This document shows, piece after piece, positions 13,701 through 25,305 of a stretch of 64,000 nt of DNA. The translations under genes were made by a program, and so were the position numbers. The notes beneath the pieces were generated by a model that saw only the letters and a program-made list of their open reading frames with translations, was not told the DNA's origin and ran no database searches. Within the stretch, counting starts at the first letter, position 1. Every line of letters begins with the position of its first letter. This DNA comes from Podarcis cretensis (lineage: Eukaryota), in NCBI GenBank assembly GCA_951804945.1, contig OX638151.1:95294001-95358000 (forward strand), given 5' to 3'.

Positions 13701-16700
13701 CCACCAGTACGCAGGACCCCACCCCTCATAGCCTGGTCCCATTTTCCTGCCCAATTCATCCTCGCAAATGGCATACACTTTCTTAACTGTGGGAGGGAGT
13801 GTTTCATTCTGATGGCTTCAAAAGAGAGAGACAAAAGTCAATGCCAAAGGAAAAAGATGCTTTTCCAGCAAAGGATGTTCCCCAGGAGGAAAGCTCAGCA
13901 CCCGCAATCACAAATTATTCACGCCTGAAATTAATTTCTATCTTATTTCTAAGCATGCCTTTGCCCTGTGTATGATGATGTGCCACAAGCCTCAACACTG
14001 CTGATAAAAGAAGACCAGTTATGCACCTGAAAGAACTTTGTAAAGATCCCAGATGACTTCTGCACAGTTCCATTTATAAAGCCAAAACATGTATCAAACA
14101 AGAATGCTGTTGTTCAAATATTTGCCTTTGTTTACCAGTGTGATAAAACAACCTTTAAAGCATGTATGGGCATGGTTGAAATTACTAACATTTTCAAAAT
14201 CCCCTAACGGTCCCAAGTGCTTCCAAAAGAGCTCTTTGTGCGTTGTTTAGTCATATTTGAGTGCACAAAGAAGGCCACTCCAAACCCACAAAAAAATGGT
14301 TAAATAAATACATTTGGAATGGAAAACAGGAGCACAGTCCATCAAGGACAGTTCCCCAATTCTTTTCTTTAAAGGGCTTTTGTAGTAGTGATTCTTTCCG
14401 AATTCTGCCTTGCTGGATCGCCAATGAGAAATTCTATTTACAGTAAAAATCAAAGCACGAGAGTCAAAAAACAGAGTTCATGGCATTCCAGATTGACCAA
14501 TACCATTCTTCTGATGTCAACAACTCTCTCAGCTGTGTCAGTTTGCAGGACAGGACAGTACTGTAACTAACAATCCAGTAAACTTTGAACCTTATCTCCC
14601 CCAGTCTAACCACAGACTCTCAACAGGATATGACAGTTGCCATTAACTTGCCTCATTGGTTCCAGTGGAACTTGTCTCTAAAATACAGAAAAAGCATCCC
14701 TATTTCGATTTTCATTATGAAAAAGGGGGCCAGTCTAATTATGATAATTTATTATATATGTACTATCCAATTAATTTGGTTTAATTTATTTCAATATAAA
14801 CAGTTGAATTCAAACATAGAATCTGAAAAGGGTATCTTATCCCTCTTTTCCTCAGTGAGAAGCAAATGATTTATTTAGGAAATGGTAATGTTTTTCAAAT
14901 TAAATTATCTCCAAGTTCTACATGAATTTTCCCAAAAGAAAAAAAATGGGATTTCCAATCAAAGGTAAGCACTTAAAAAAAAAAGTCCCACTGATTTCAA
15001 CAGTTAAATTAAGTGTGTTCCAAATGAAGTCAATGGGACAACTTTAGGGGGATCATGCCGAAATATTTTAGTTGACTTTATACTAGAACTGTTGGCAACA
15101 ATCCCTCACCTAAGGACTAAAGAGGCTTTGATTACATCCCTTTCTGTAATACTGATAAACAAGTGTGTGCATGTATGTGTATGTGTGTGAAACATGAAGT
15201 CTCTCTACAGATGTTTGAAGCCAAAGAAAAGGTATTTAAAAGCAGTGCTTTTTTTCTAAAAAAAATGTTTAGGGGTACTCTCATTTTCCTGCTCATATTG
15301 AAATATTGCCCCTCAATGAGGCCAAACTTAGAGTCACAAAATGTTTCTGGGTATGCGTACCCCAGGACAAAAAGCACTGTTTAAAAGTAAATGGGAGTGA
15401 ATATATAGCTCGGAGGTTCAAAACCCACAAATAACATTGGGTTTAGCAACACTGTCTAAGCACATCTGTATCAGACAATTGTGCAATAAAACAGAATATG
15501 CACTAGCAAAGATAAAGAGGAGACCCAAAAGAAAAGAAAAGAAAGTGGCAGTACAACACATTCTTTTAGCCGGGTTTCACAGATCAACAACAACTGCTAC
15601 AAAACCTGATTTTAAACTTCAAAATGGTCACAGAACTCTCCATTCCCGAGGCCAAAAGAGCCTGTCTTTTTACACAAGACAGCAGTTTAGCAAACAGGAA
15701 GACAAGAGACAGAGTGTCTGAATTCACATTTAACCCTTTTCTTCTCGCCAACAAGGCTCCAGAGAGGCCTAAAATCTATGCCAGGCCTGCAATTTTTTTT
15801 GCCACTTGCCACCATAGGCATGCTCAAAAGGGTACTCGCATCTTTCTTCCCACCCCCCACCACCTTGCATCAGAGCCTTTGCCGCCACATACCCCTCGAT
15901 AAGTCATTGTAAGTCATCAACCCAAAGAATCAGGGGAAAGGCCACTTCACCCACTGCGGCTATTTTAGGATGCGAGCTCTTGCTAAAATGCAGATTAATA
16001 TCCAAAACATATGTGGCAGAGAGATTTGGTCCTGGCGGACAAACGTGTACTTTTCCAGAAGGACTCCGTTTAGGCAAAAAACAAGACAGTATGAGACAAA
16101 GGGTCGCTTGTCCCCAAGCTGAAAAATTGCAACTATCTTAAGCAAAACATTGTGCAGGTAAAAATCCAGCGGCCTACAGAATTGCCACAATAGTACTATT
16201 TCCCCCAATACTTAACCCATCTTCTTAACTTCCCCCCGCCTGCCCCCCAAATCCTTCGTCAGCTTTATACCTGTCCTTGCACCGTCTGTCAACCGTGAGA
16301 AACATCAGCAACTTTCCCCAAGGGAGGCAGAGAGACAGCTGCCTTGCCACTGCTCTTCTCCTCCGCAGCAATGAAGGGCTTCGGATGAGGCTAGCTAGGC
16401 AGTGGCAAGTCAGGCACCGGCCAGAGCCTTGCTTTGTATGCAAACAGGCTGCTGCAGCAATGTCAATTCATCCCACATAGGCAGCCTGGTAACCGCCCTG
16501 TAGGAGGGACCTCAAGAAGGGAGGCAGGAAGGGGGATCAAGGAGAAATCCTGACATCCATCGCAACAGCTGTGGTTATGGTTACCCAAGGCTAGATCTAC
16601 CAGAAGCATCTTCCTATATTTGCCCCACTTCTGACCCCACTCCAGCTATATCTTGCAGGTGTAGATAGGAGTTTGCTGCAAGCCATAGACCACAACAGAC

Positions 16701-17939
16701 AGGCCCAAACTAGCATGGTAAATTCATGGGGATTTTTGACAGGCAAGCATTGAAAACAGTGGCAAAACCGTCCGTCGCTTGCGAAATTGCACCAAAATGC
16801 GGGTGGGTGGTTACCCTAATGAAATGGACGCAGAGAGCTTTGCAAGAGTTAAAATCAGAGGTTCTGGGTTGCAAACTGAAACGAACAAGCAGGGTTTTAG
16901 TCATTAAACAAAATTGTGAGTGTCTTGCGTCTGTCACGGCGGTTTTGGATCCTGTAAGAGCGGTCGTTTGCGGGTTTTGTTTTATTTTTTTCAATTCGTA
17001 CAAATTGAAATAGAGCCAAGAGAGAGAGAGATGGGTCTCATCCACATAAGGATCACTATGTCTCAAGTTGCCTTTCTCACAGTTAAATCTTCCGGCTTAA
17101 ATTGCCAGAAGCGCTCTTGTGAATGATTTGACACTTGCAGTTTGCCATGTGTCAGAGATTCACAAAATATAGTTCAGCGTGCACAAGTGTTAAGGGGCAT
17201 GTCATCTTCAACTCTTTAAAATGCTTGAGCACTTTTTAAAAAAGCACATTTGGTCAGCAGAGTGGAGAGAAGGTGAAGAGCAATTCTTATGGGAAATTAC
17301 CAGCAGACGGTCCAATTAGAACTCTTCCATGTTGTCTCTCTAGTCTACAGTCCTAATTAGATGCCACCAGTATAGAAAAGAAAAGAAGGCCATTCTAATT
17401 GAATGCCACCATTCAAAAAAATGGAGGATTCAGGGGTTGGGGGGTGAGAATTCAGGGCCTTGGAAAGATGGGCCAGGGCAGAAAAAGGATGTATGCAGTA
17501 CAAAGTTTTATTGAGATGTGATTTTGAGAAATTGATTGGCTTGCCTTCTGTGAAGTGGGTTAGAACAGAACACTGTGGGTTCAGACAAAGTGGCTTTTTT
17601 ACTGCCTTTTACTAAGGCAGACATTACTGTTTTGACCTCTTGTTGTGGTCGTAAATACTGTGAGTGTTTTGGCAACGGCAGCCATTTTTTTACTAGCTAT
17701 GTTGCCCCCCACCAAAGTGCCAGCCATTTTGTGATGGCACCCACAAATCACTTTCCTAAAGTTCTAAAATTAATATCCGAGCGTGAAATTTAGAGGCATA
17801 AAATTATTTGCATACCGCTTCTGATAACAACTTTTATTTTAAGGATTGTATGGGGGAGGGGGGACAGCTGAATGGGGAATATCTGCTCCACAGGTTTTCA
17901 GATAGGGAGCTAATGACCTAGGAATTTTATTGTTTTACA

Positions 17940-17988
<49 letters not shown>
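17940..17988. repeat. (CT)n(GT)n compound microsatellite
   Basis: Read directly from the sequence. Confidence 0.95.
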
Positions 17989-17991
<3 letters not shown>

Positions 17992-18755
17992 ATTTACACA
18001 AATAGCTATTTGTAGCTATTTGTGGAAAATTTAAGGCAACAAGGGATTCAGTCACTAATTTCCACTATCTTATTTAGTGAGGCCCTTTCATCATGGATGG
18101 GTAGCCTGTGACTACAACTCTCATCATCCTTCACCATTAGCCATGCTGATGGGAGTTGGAGTCTGAGTCCAGCAGAATCATAGAGAACCACATGTTCACC
18201 ACACATATTTTACATTGGTGGCTTGGGCTGGAATCTATTATTATGACTTGGGTATCTGATGACTTGAAACTCCATAATAACCAGGAAACTGTTTCTAAAG
18301 CATCAGAAGTGAGCGAGGGAGGGTATCAGTTTTTGATAGGCCTAGGAGTATGGAGGGCATCCCTACAAACCTGTCTGGCAAACAGCAATTTCTTGGTCAC
18401 ATTTCCTTGACCTGTAAAATGGGAATAACATCAGATGGCTGGTGTGAGAGGATGTACATAAGATGAAGGAATTTAAAAGTCCTTCGTGCCAGAAACTAAT
18501 CTGTTTTTTTTTTTTATAATGATTTTTATTAATTTTCCACACATAAAATGAAGAACAATGTAACACAGTATTACTTCATAATCATCGGTTCATAGCCTTT
18601 TTTCTTTGACTTCCCCATACCTCCCTATCCCTGCATCCTTGTTTAAAATTCTTTAGCAACCCTTAAGTCCATTGTCTTAGTTCTTTTTCATAAATATTTC
18701 TTAAGTTTTTTTTTTGTTTACTGCTGCAATTCTTTACTTCTTACCCCCTGACATC

Positions 18756-21700
18756 TTAACATTCCTCAATTTTACAATTATTTTTAAGATATATCTTGAA
18801 ATTCTTCCAGTCCTCTTCCACTGTCTCTTTCCCCTGGTCCCGGATTCTGCCCGTCATCTCAGCCAGTCCCATAAAGTCAATCACCTTTGTTTGCCATTCT
18901 TCCAGAGTAGGTAGTTCTTGCGTCTTCCAATACTTTGCCAGTAGAATTCTTGCTGCTGTAGTGGCATACATAAAGAATGTCCTATCCTTCCTTAACACCA
19001 CTTGGCCCACCATACCCAAGAGGAAAGCCTCTGGTTTCTTAGGAAAAGTCCACTTAAGGACCTTCTTAATTTCATTATAGATCATTTCCCAGAAAGCTTT
19101 AACCTTTGGGCAGGTCCACCAAAGGTGGTAGAAAGTGCCTTCAGTCTCATTACATTTCCAACACTTATTATTAGGCAAATGATAAATTTTTGCAAGCTTG
19201 ACTGGGGTCATGTACCACCGGTAGATCATTTTCATAATATTTTCTTTTAAAGCATTACATGCAGTAAATTTAATACCGGTGGTCCATAACTGTTCCCAGT
19301 CAGCAAACATAATATCATGACCTATGTCTTGTGCCCATTTAATCATAGCTGATTTCACCGTTTCATCCTGTGTATTCCATTTTAACAGCAAGTTATACAT
19401 TCTTGATAAATTCTTAGTATTGGGTTCCAACAATTCTGTTTCTAATTTTGACTTCTCTTTCTGAAATCCTATTTTCCTGTCCTGTTTAAACGTCTCATTT
19501 ATCTGATGGTAATGCAACCAGTCTCGAACCTTAGGTTTTAGTTTCTCATAACTCTGAAGTTTCACCCTTTCACCATCGTATTCTATAATCTCATGATATT
19601 TTGGCCATTTAGAATCCATATTAAGCTTTTTTACTTCCCTAGCTTCCATTGGTGACACCCACCTAGGGGTTTTGCTTTCCAACAAATCTTTGTATCTAAT
19701 CCAAACGTTATACAATGCTTTCCTTACAATATGGTTTTTAAAACTTTTATACACCTTTACCTTGTCGTACCATAAATATGCATGCCAACCAAAACTATTG
19801 TCATACCCTTCCAGATCCAAAATGTCAGTATTCTCAAGAAGTAGCCAGTGTTTCAACCAGCAGAAAGCTGCTGATTCATAGTAGAGTCTTAAGTCCGGCA
19901 GGGCAAACCCCCCTCTATCCTTTGCATCAGTTAAAATCTTAAATTTAATTCTGGGCTTTTTGCCCTGCCAGACAAATTTTGATATATCTTTCTGCCACTT
20001 CTTGAAACAATCCATCTTGTCCACAATCTGCAGCGTCTGGAATAAAAACAGCATTCTAGGCAATACATTCATCTTAATAGTAGCGATTCGGCCTAACAAG
20101 GAAAGTTTCAGCCTTGACCATATTTCCAGATCCTTTTTAACTTCTGACCAACATTTTTCATAATTATCCTTAAATAAATTCACATTCTTAGATGTTAAGT
20201 TTACCCCTAGGTATTTTACCCTTTTTGTTATTTCCAAGCCTGTTTCATTCTGAAAACTCTCTCTTTCTTCCATTGTTAAATTTTTTTCCAACACTTTCGT
20301 TTTTTGTCTGTTCAATTTAAAACCTGCTACTCGACCAAATATTTCAATTAGTTCTAAAACTCTTTTAGTACTAGTGTCTGGCTGTTGCAAGGTCAATACT
20401 AAATCATCTGCAAATGCTCTTAATTTATAATGTCTAACTCCGACCTGAACTCCTTTAACCAACTGGTCCTTTCTGATCATATTTAACAAAACCTCCAGGA
20501 CTGATATAAAAAGTAAAGGGGATATTGGGCAACCTTGTCGTGTACCTTTTTCTATAGGTATTTCTTCTGTTACCACGTTATTTACAATTAATTTGGCTTT
20601 TTGTTGAGAATATATTGCACCTATACCGTTTTCAAAACCTTGACCTACCCCCATCCCTTGGAGATTCTTTTTCATAAATGTCCAACAAATGTTGTCAAAG
20701 GCTTTCTCCGCATCCACAAAAATCAAAACTGCTTTCCTATTAATGTCAACGTCCAGCAGCTCCAAAATGTCTATAATGTTCCTCACATTGTCTGACATAT
20801 GTCTACCTGGGAGAAAGCCTGTTTGGTCCTTATGAATCTCTTCTGCCAACACTCTTTTCAATCTTTTTGCCAAAATGTCTGCAAAAATTTTGTAATCCAC
20901 ATTAAGTAAAGATATAGGGCGGTAGTTTTTAACTTGGTTCTTCTCAGTCTCTGTTTTCGGTATAAGTGAGATGAAAGCCTCTTTCCACGATTCAGGTGCC
21001 TTTTTCCCCTTCAAAATTTCATTGCAAACTTCCTTCAATGGTTGTATCAGCCATTCTTTCAGCATTTTGTAATATTTGGCCGTCAGGCCATCTGGTCCTG
21101 GTGATTTTCCCAGTTTCATATTTTGAATGGCACCCTCTATTTCTTGTTCTGTTATTTCCTCGTTTAAGATCCTTTTACTTTGTTCTGAGATTTTTGGTAA
21201 ACCGTATTTTCTGATGAATTCTTCTATTTCTTGCTCGTTGGTTGGCCCTTGTGCATACAATTTCTTAAAAAAGCTTTGAAAACAATTGTTGATCTCGTTG
21301 GGTTTGTGGATAATCTTTCCATCCATTTCTAAACTTGTTACCGTATTCATTTTCTGCCTTTTTTTCAATTGCCATGACAGAAGTTTCCCACATTTATCCG
21401 CTGATTCAAAAGTTTTTTGTCTCATTTGCTTTATCTTCCATTCTATTTGTTGGTTCATGAGTTCCATATATTGCATCTGATGAAATTTTATTTCTCTCAA
21501 AATCTCATGAGACTTTGGTTTGGACCTCAACTTCTTCTCTCCTTCTTTTATTTTTTCTAAAATTTTTTCCTTCTTTTCATTTTGTTGCTTCCTCTTAATA
21601 GAGTTTTGTTGAATTAGGAAACCTCGCATCACGGCTTTGCTTGCGTCCCAAATTATTCTTTTTTCCACATCTGTTTTCCTGTTGATCTCAAAATAATCTT

Positions 21701-22493
21701 TTAATGTTTTAAGGGCCTTCTTGTGGATCTCTTCGTCCTTAAATAGGGTGTCATTCATTCTCCATCTAAAGGAACCAGTAGTTGTTAGTTTCATCTCCAT
21801 CTTGACCGCGTTGTGGTCGGAGCACGTTTTTGGGCAGATTTCTACTTTTTTTGTTCTTGACGCCAGACTGCTAGAAATCCAAATTTGGTCTATTCTTGTC
21901 CATGTCATTTTTGCTTCTGAGAAGAAAGTTCCCTCTCTCTCTAAAGGATTCTTTGTTCTCCAAATGTCAATCAAGTCCATTGTTTCAGTCATTTCAAAAA
22001 AGATCCTTGGTAGTCTCCCTTCTTTCGAGATCACTTGTCTCTGTGCTTTATCCATGTTTGTTGAGACAACTCCGTTCATATCTCCCATCATTAGGATTTT
22101 ATAATCTAAAAAGTCAACTAATGTCTCATGCAACTTCCTAAAGAATTCAGCCTTCCCTTCATTTGGGGCATAAACTCCCACAATTAATATCTTTTCTCCT
22201 TGAATTTGTATTTCAATTGCCAGGTATCTTCCTTGTTCATCTTTAAATATCAATTTTGGAGCCAACTTTTCCTTTGCATAGATCACCACACCTCTTTTCT
22301 TTACTTTGTCTGATGAGATGAATTCTTGACCGAGTCTCTTATTTATTAATAATTTCCTATGTATCCTGGCAATATGGGTTTCTTGCAAACATATTATGTC
22401 TAATTGTTCTTTCTTCAAAATGTGAAAAACCTGTCTTCTTTTCCGAGGAAGGTTCAAACCATTACAGTTCCAACTAAGGAGTTGCAGAGACAT
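18756..22493 (-). CDS. L1 ORF2p (APE endonuclease, reverse transcriptase, CCHC), 1245 aa from MSLQLLSWN
   Basis: EN motifs SWNCNG, LQETH, GDMN, RIDQ, SDHN; RT motifs YRPISLLN, DAEKAFD, GTRQGCP, FADD, YLG; C-terminal CWKC...H...C. No stops or frameshifts. Confidence 0.97.
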   Translation of the reverse strand: MSLQLLSWNCNGLNLPRKRRQVFHILKKEQLDIICLQETHIARIHRKLLINKRLGQEFISSDKVKKRGVVIYAKEKLAPKLIFKDEQGRYLAIEIQIQGEKILIVGVYAPNEGKAEFFRKLHETLVDFLDYKILMMGDMNGVVSTNMDKAQRQVISKEGRLPRIFFEMTETMDLIDIWRTKNPLEREGTFFSEAKMTWTRIDQIWISSSLASRTKKVEICPKTCSDHNAVKMEMKLTTTGSFRWRMNDTLFKDEEIHKKALKTLKDYFEINRKTDVEKRIIWDASKAVMRGFLIQQNSIKRKQQNEKKEKILEKIKEGEKKLRSKPKSHEILREIKFHQMQYMELMNQQIEWKIKQMRQKTFESADKCGKLLSWQLKKRQKMNTVTSLEMDGKIIHKPNEINNCFQSFFKKLYAQGPTNEQEIEEFIRKYGLPKISEQSKRILNEEITEQEIEGAIQNMKLGKSPGPDGLTAKYYKMLKEWLIQPLKEVCNEILKGKKAPESWKEAFISLIPKTETEKNQVKNYRPISLLNVDYKIFADILAKRLKRVLAEEIHKDQTGFLPGRHMSDNVRNIIDILELLDVDINRKAVLIFVDAEKAFDNICWTFMKKNLQGMGVGQGFENGIGAIYSQQKAKLIVNNVVTEEIPIEKGTRQGCPISPLLFISVLEVLLNMIRKDQLVKGVQVGVRHYKLRAFADDLVLTLQQPDTSTKRVLELIEIFGRVAGFKLNRQKTKVLEKNLTMEERESFQNETGLEITKRVKYLGVNLTSKNVNLFKDNYEKCWSEVKKDLEIWSRLKLSLLGRIATIKMNVLPRMLFLFQTLQIVDKMDCFKKWQKDISKFVWQGKKPRIKFKILTDAKDRGGFALPDLRLYYESAAFCWLKHWLLLENTDILDLEGYDNSFGWHAYLWYDKVKVYKSFKNHIVRKALYNVWIRYKDLLESKTPRWVSPMEAREVKKLNMDSKWPKYHEIIEYDGERVKLQSYEKLKPKVRDWLHYHQINETFKQDRKIGFQKEKSKLETELLEPNTKNLSRMYNLLLKWNTQDETVKSAMIKWAQDIGHDIMFADWEQLWTTGIKFTACNALKENIMKMIYRWYMTPVKLAKIYHLPNNKCWKCNETEGTFYHLWWTCPKVKAFWEMIYNEIKKVLKWTFPKKPEAFLLGMVGQVVLRKDRTFFMYATTAARILLAKYWKTQELPTLEEWQTKVIDFMGLAEMTGRIRDQGKETVEEDWKNFKIYLKNNCKIEEC

Positions 22494-22500
22494 TTTGTAT

Positions 22501-23493
22501 TTAAGTAGCTGTTCCTCCAACTGCTCCAAGCTTCTGCTCTTCCTCCGATGGTGGTAATGAAAGTCCAAATGACAAATTTGCTATATCGGGTGGTTCCCTC
22601 TCCTCCACGGTTCCTTTCTGCAAATCCTCCAGATACTTCTCTAGAAATAGTTCTTTGTCCTGAATTGTTTTTATTTTAATCTTCCTTCCATTAAAGTTAA
22701 AGGACAATCCTTGTGGAAATTCCCATCTGAATGGTATGGTGTTTTTCTTCAGCAGGTCTACTAAACTCTTGTAATATGTTCTCACCTCTAAAATGTATTT
22801 AGGAATGTCCTTAAAAATCTGTATCTGACAATTTTGGATCACCAGTGCCTTTTGGTAATGCAAATTCAGTATTCTATCTCTTTCTTCTTTTGATCTCAAT
22901 GTAATTAGGCAATCCCTTGGTTTTTTATCCTGCCTTCTACCCAGTCGAAAGGCTGAAATTATCTCAAGTTCCTCATCTTCCTCCCATTCCTCCCGCCAAA
23001 AAGTTATGATGTTCTCTGTGAGAAATTTCACAAGGTTGTCCCCTTCCACTTCAGGCACCAATCTAAATTTTAAATTCTTCTCTTTACGTTGAAGTTCCAG
23101 TAAGGAGAGGGCTGCATCATGCTCATTCACTTTTTTAATAATAGGCCCAAATTTTTCCCTTGTCTCTTCAGCTGTTATTTTTGCACTTTCTGCAATCTTT
23201 CGTGTTTCTGAATTTTCCTGAATTAATCTATTTATAGAATCTGTGTTCGATGCGACACTAGCCGTATTCACATCCAACCTTGTTGTCAACTCTGTTAATT
23301 TTTTAGAATTCTCTGTCGAAAGTTTTGTCAATGCTTCCAGGGATTGATTTATTTTAAGTAGAGCCTGAGTCATAGGATCCATAGAAGCTGGTGTTTTTTC
23401 CTGCACAGCTGCAGTTCCTGATATAGAGGCCCTTTTCTTGTGAGATTGTTTTGCTTTCTGCCTTGTTACTATCTCTTCTGTAGGGGCACTCAT
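22501..23493 (-). CDS. L1 ORF1p (coiled coil + RRM + CTD), 330 aa
   Basis: Heptad-rich N-terminal half, then KNLKFRLVPE (RRM start), AFRLG, KPRDCLI, IQIFKDIP and FRWEFP; lies directly upstream of ORF2. Confidence 0.92.
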   Translation of the reverse strand: MSAPTEEIVTRQKAKQSHKKRASISGTAAVQEKTPASMDPMTQALLKINQSLEALTKLSTENSKKLTELTTRLDVNTASVASNTDSINRLIQENSETRKIAESAKITAEETREKFGPIIKKVNEHDAALSLLELQRKEKNLKFRLVPEVEGDNLVKFLTENIITFWREEWEEDEELEIISAFRLGRRQDKKPRDCLITLRSKEERDRILNLHYQKALVIQNCQIQIFKDIPKYILEVRTYYKSLVDLLKKNTIPFRWEFPQGLSFNFNGRKIKIKTIQDKELFLEKYLEDLQKGTVEEREPPDIANLSFGLSLPPSEEEQKLGAVGGTAT

Positions 23494-24698
23494 ATCCTCA
23501 AGGTCGTTTTCACAGAGTTGATTCCCAAGTGGAAAATCCCACTGTTACTTTTTCAAGTGCAACAGTTTCAGATAGAGCCCTCTAGAGGGAGCATTCAATT
23601 GTATCCAAATGGCAAAGATGGAAAAACAACAAAGAAGCAAGGGAGTATAACAGTAGCCAAAAGTTTCCAATGTCCAAATTGTAAAGTCTCTATTTTTCTA
23701 TGTGGCCAAAATGCAGCAAAGTACATCTAAGGTCCGATAACTTTTTTGCAAACAAGTCCCCACTTCTCAAAGTTTGACAGTCCACGTCCCAGGTGTCTTG
23801 TTTGGGCAGCCCGACCCCAGGGGATTTGGCAATGGAAGGTCTTAATTTTCCATTAATTTTCCAGCAGATTAACAACGTTCCAATCCCTTCCCCCCTTCTC
23901 CTGCCAGTCTGGGGGGAGGTTTTAAGTCCGATGTCAGTTTGACAGCTTAAAAAAATTAGAAAGGTTCCCTTTAAGTGCAGCTTGATTTTCGTTGCTTTAT
24001 TCCTTCTGCAGTTCCGGGGAGGCAGACTTCCTTAATTTTTGCCTTTCCCGTTTTCAGCCAATTTTATTTTTTAAAAGTCCCGTTACTTTTCCAATCTTAC
24101 TCACGGGTGTTGTGGTCAAATTCCAATTGCAGGAAGGAATCGGCGCTCTCCGCTCATGGCGACGCGGCTTCACTCCGCTAGCTGGGTGACGACTCTCAGC
24201 ACCGCGCTTACCCCGATGCCGCTCAGAAGCCTTTAAAAAGGCTCCCTCACAGTACCGGGGGGCGCAAAGGGTGCCCACCGAATCTCCTTTGTTCACAGGC
24301 TCCGCGCCTGTGATTTTAGGGGTCCCCCGCTTGCCGTAGCGGGTGAGACCCGAACTAACGGAGCAGTCCTGCCTCGGAGCTCGAGGCTCGGACCGCCATT
24401 AAGCGCTGGCGCCGACCGGAAGTCGTGCCAGAAACTAATCTGTTGCGGCCAGTAATAACATGTTTGGAATGATCATCAGAGAATATATGGCGGATGACTG
24501 GATTGATCAGGTTCTTGGCATATGAAAACACTGAAACCATGCTCTAATTTGTTTAAGAGCCTGGGCCTACGTGCAAATAGTCCTCATGATGGACACTGCT
24601 GGAAATGTGGGTGTCAAGAACCCAGAGTAGCTTAAAAGTTTGATGTGCAAGTACGTATCTCTTTAAGTAAAGCACTCTAGCTATCACAAGGGGGGGGG

Positions 24699-24765
24699 GT
24701 GTTTTGTTTTGTTTTGTTTTGTTTTGTTTTGTTTTGTTTTGTTTTGTTTTGTTTTGTTTTGTTTT
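24699..24765. repeat. (GTTTT)n microsatellite
   Basis: About 13 perfect units. Confidence 0.95.
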
Positions 24766-25268
24766 AGATCTCCTTTATTTGGTTGATCGTTGAGAATAAT
24801 ATGTCAACACACCTGAACATATTTAATATATACTTGTCGTGTTTTCAGTTCACTTCAGTCACCTCATGATTAAGCAGACTGTTGCTTAATGCAACAATAA
24901 ACCAATGTAGCATTTACAAGTGACACAAATAACAGCATCTTGCATCTTTAGGTAGCTATCGGGGTATCAACTGAAGTGCTAAATTTACCTTCCCAACCAC
25001 CTCTTTTTTTCTCTTATATTGGACTCTGAACAGCATTAGACTGGCTAAATCTAGTCGTTCGTAATTTCCCACAATGCCCCCAAACTTGTGTCACTCAGGG
25101 ACATTGTGCAAAATTTAAATCTTTTCCCAGGCCTTTGGCTAATCTACAGCCTTTTAAAGTTTGGAGGGTGGGTTACTGTTATTGTTTTGTTTAGTATAGC
25201 ATGTATTTTTGTGGTTTTATATTGTAAAGCACCCTGTGATTCTCGGATGAAGGGCAGTATACACATTA

Positions 25269-25303
<35 letters not shown>
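25269..25303. repeat. (AAT)n microsatellite
   Basis: Read directly from the sequence. Confidence 0.95.

Positions 25304-25305
<2 letters not shown>

Larger units (their letters stand above)
18506..24424 (-). mobile_element. Full-length L1-clade LINE (about 5.9 kb), apparently intact
   Basis: 5' end GACTTCCGG with a CpG-rich UTR of about 930 nt, then ORF1, a 7-nt spacer, ORF2, 3' UTR, AATAAA and poly(A). Flanked by (TC)GTGCCAGAAACTAATCTGTT at 18484-18505 and 24423-24444. Confidence 0.97.

Noticed and set aside
18796-22141. Plus-strand ORFs inside the L1 (and likewise inside the RTE-X)
   Set aside because: Antisense shadows of long coding frames.
22494-22568. 25-aa N-terminal extension of L1 ORF2 in the ORF track
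   Set aside because: It starts at a TTG inside ORF1; the endonuclease begins at the ATG at 22493, 7 nt after the ORF1 stop.
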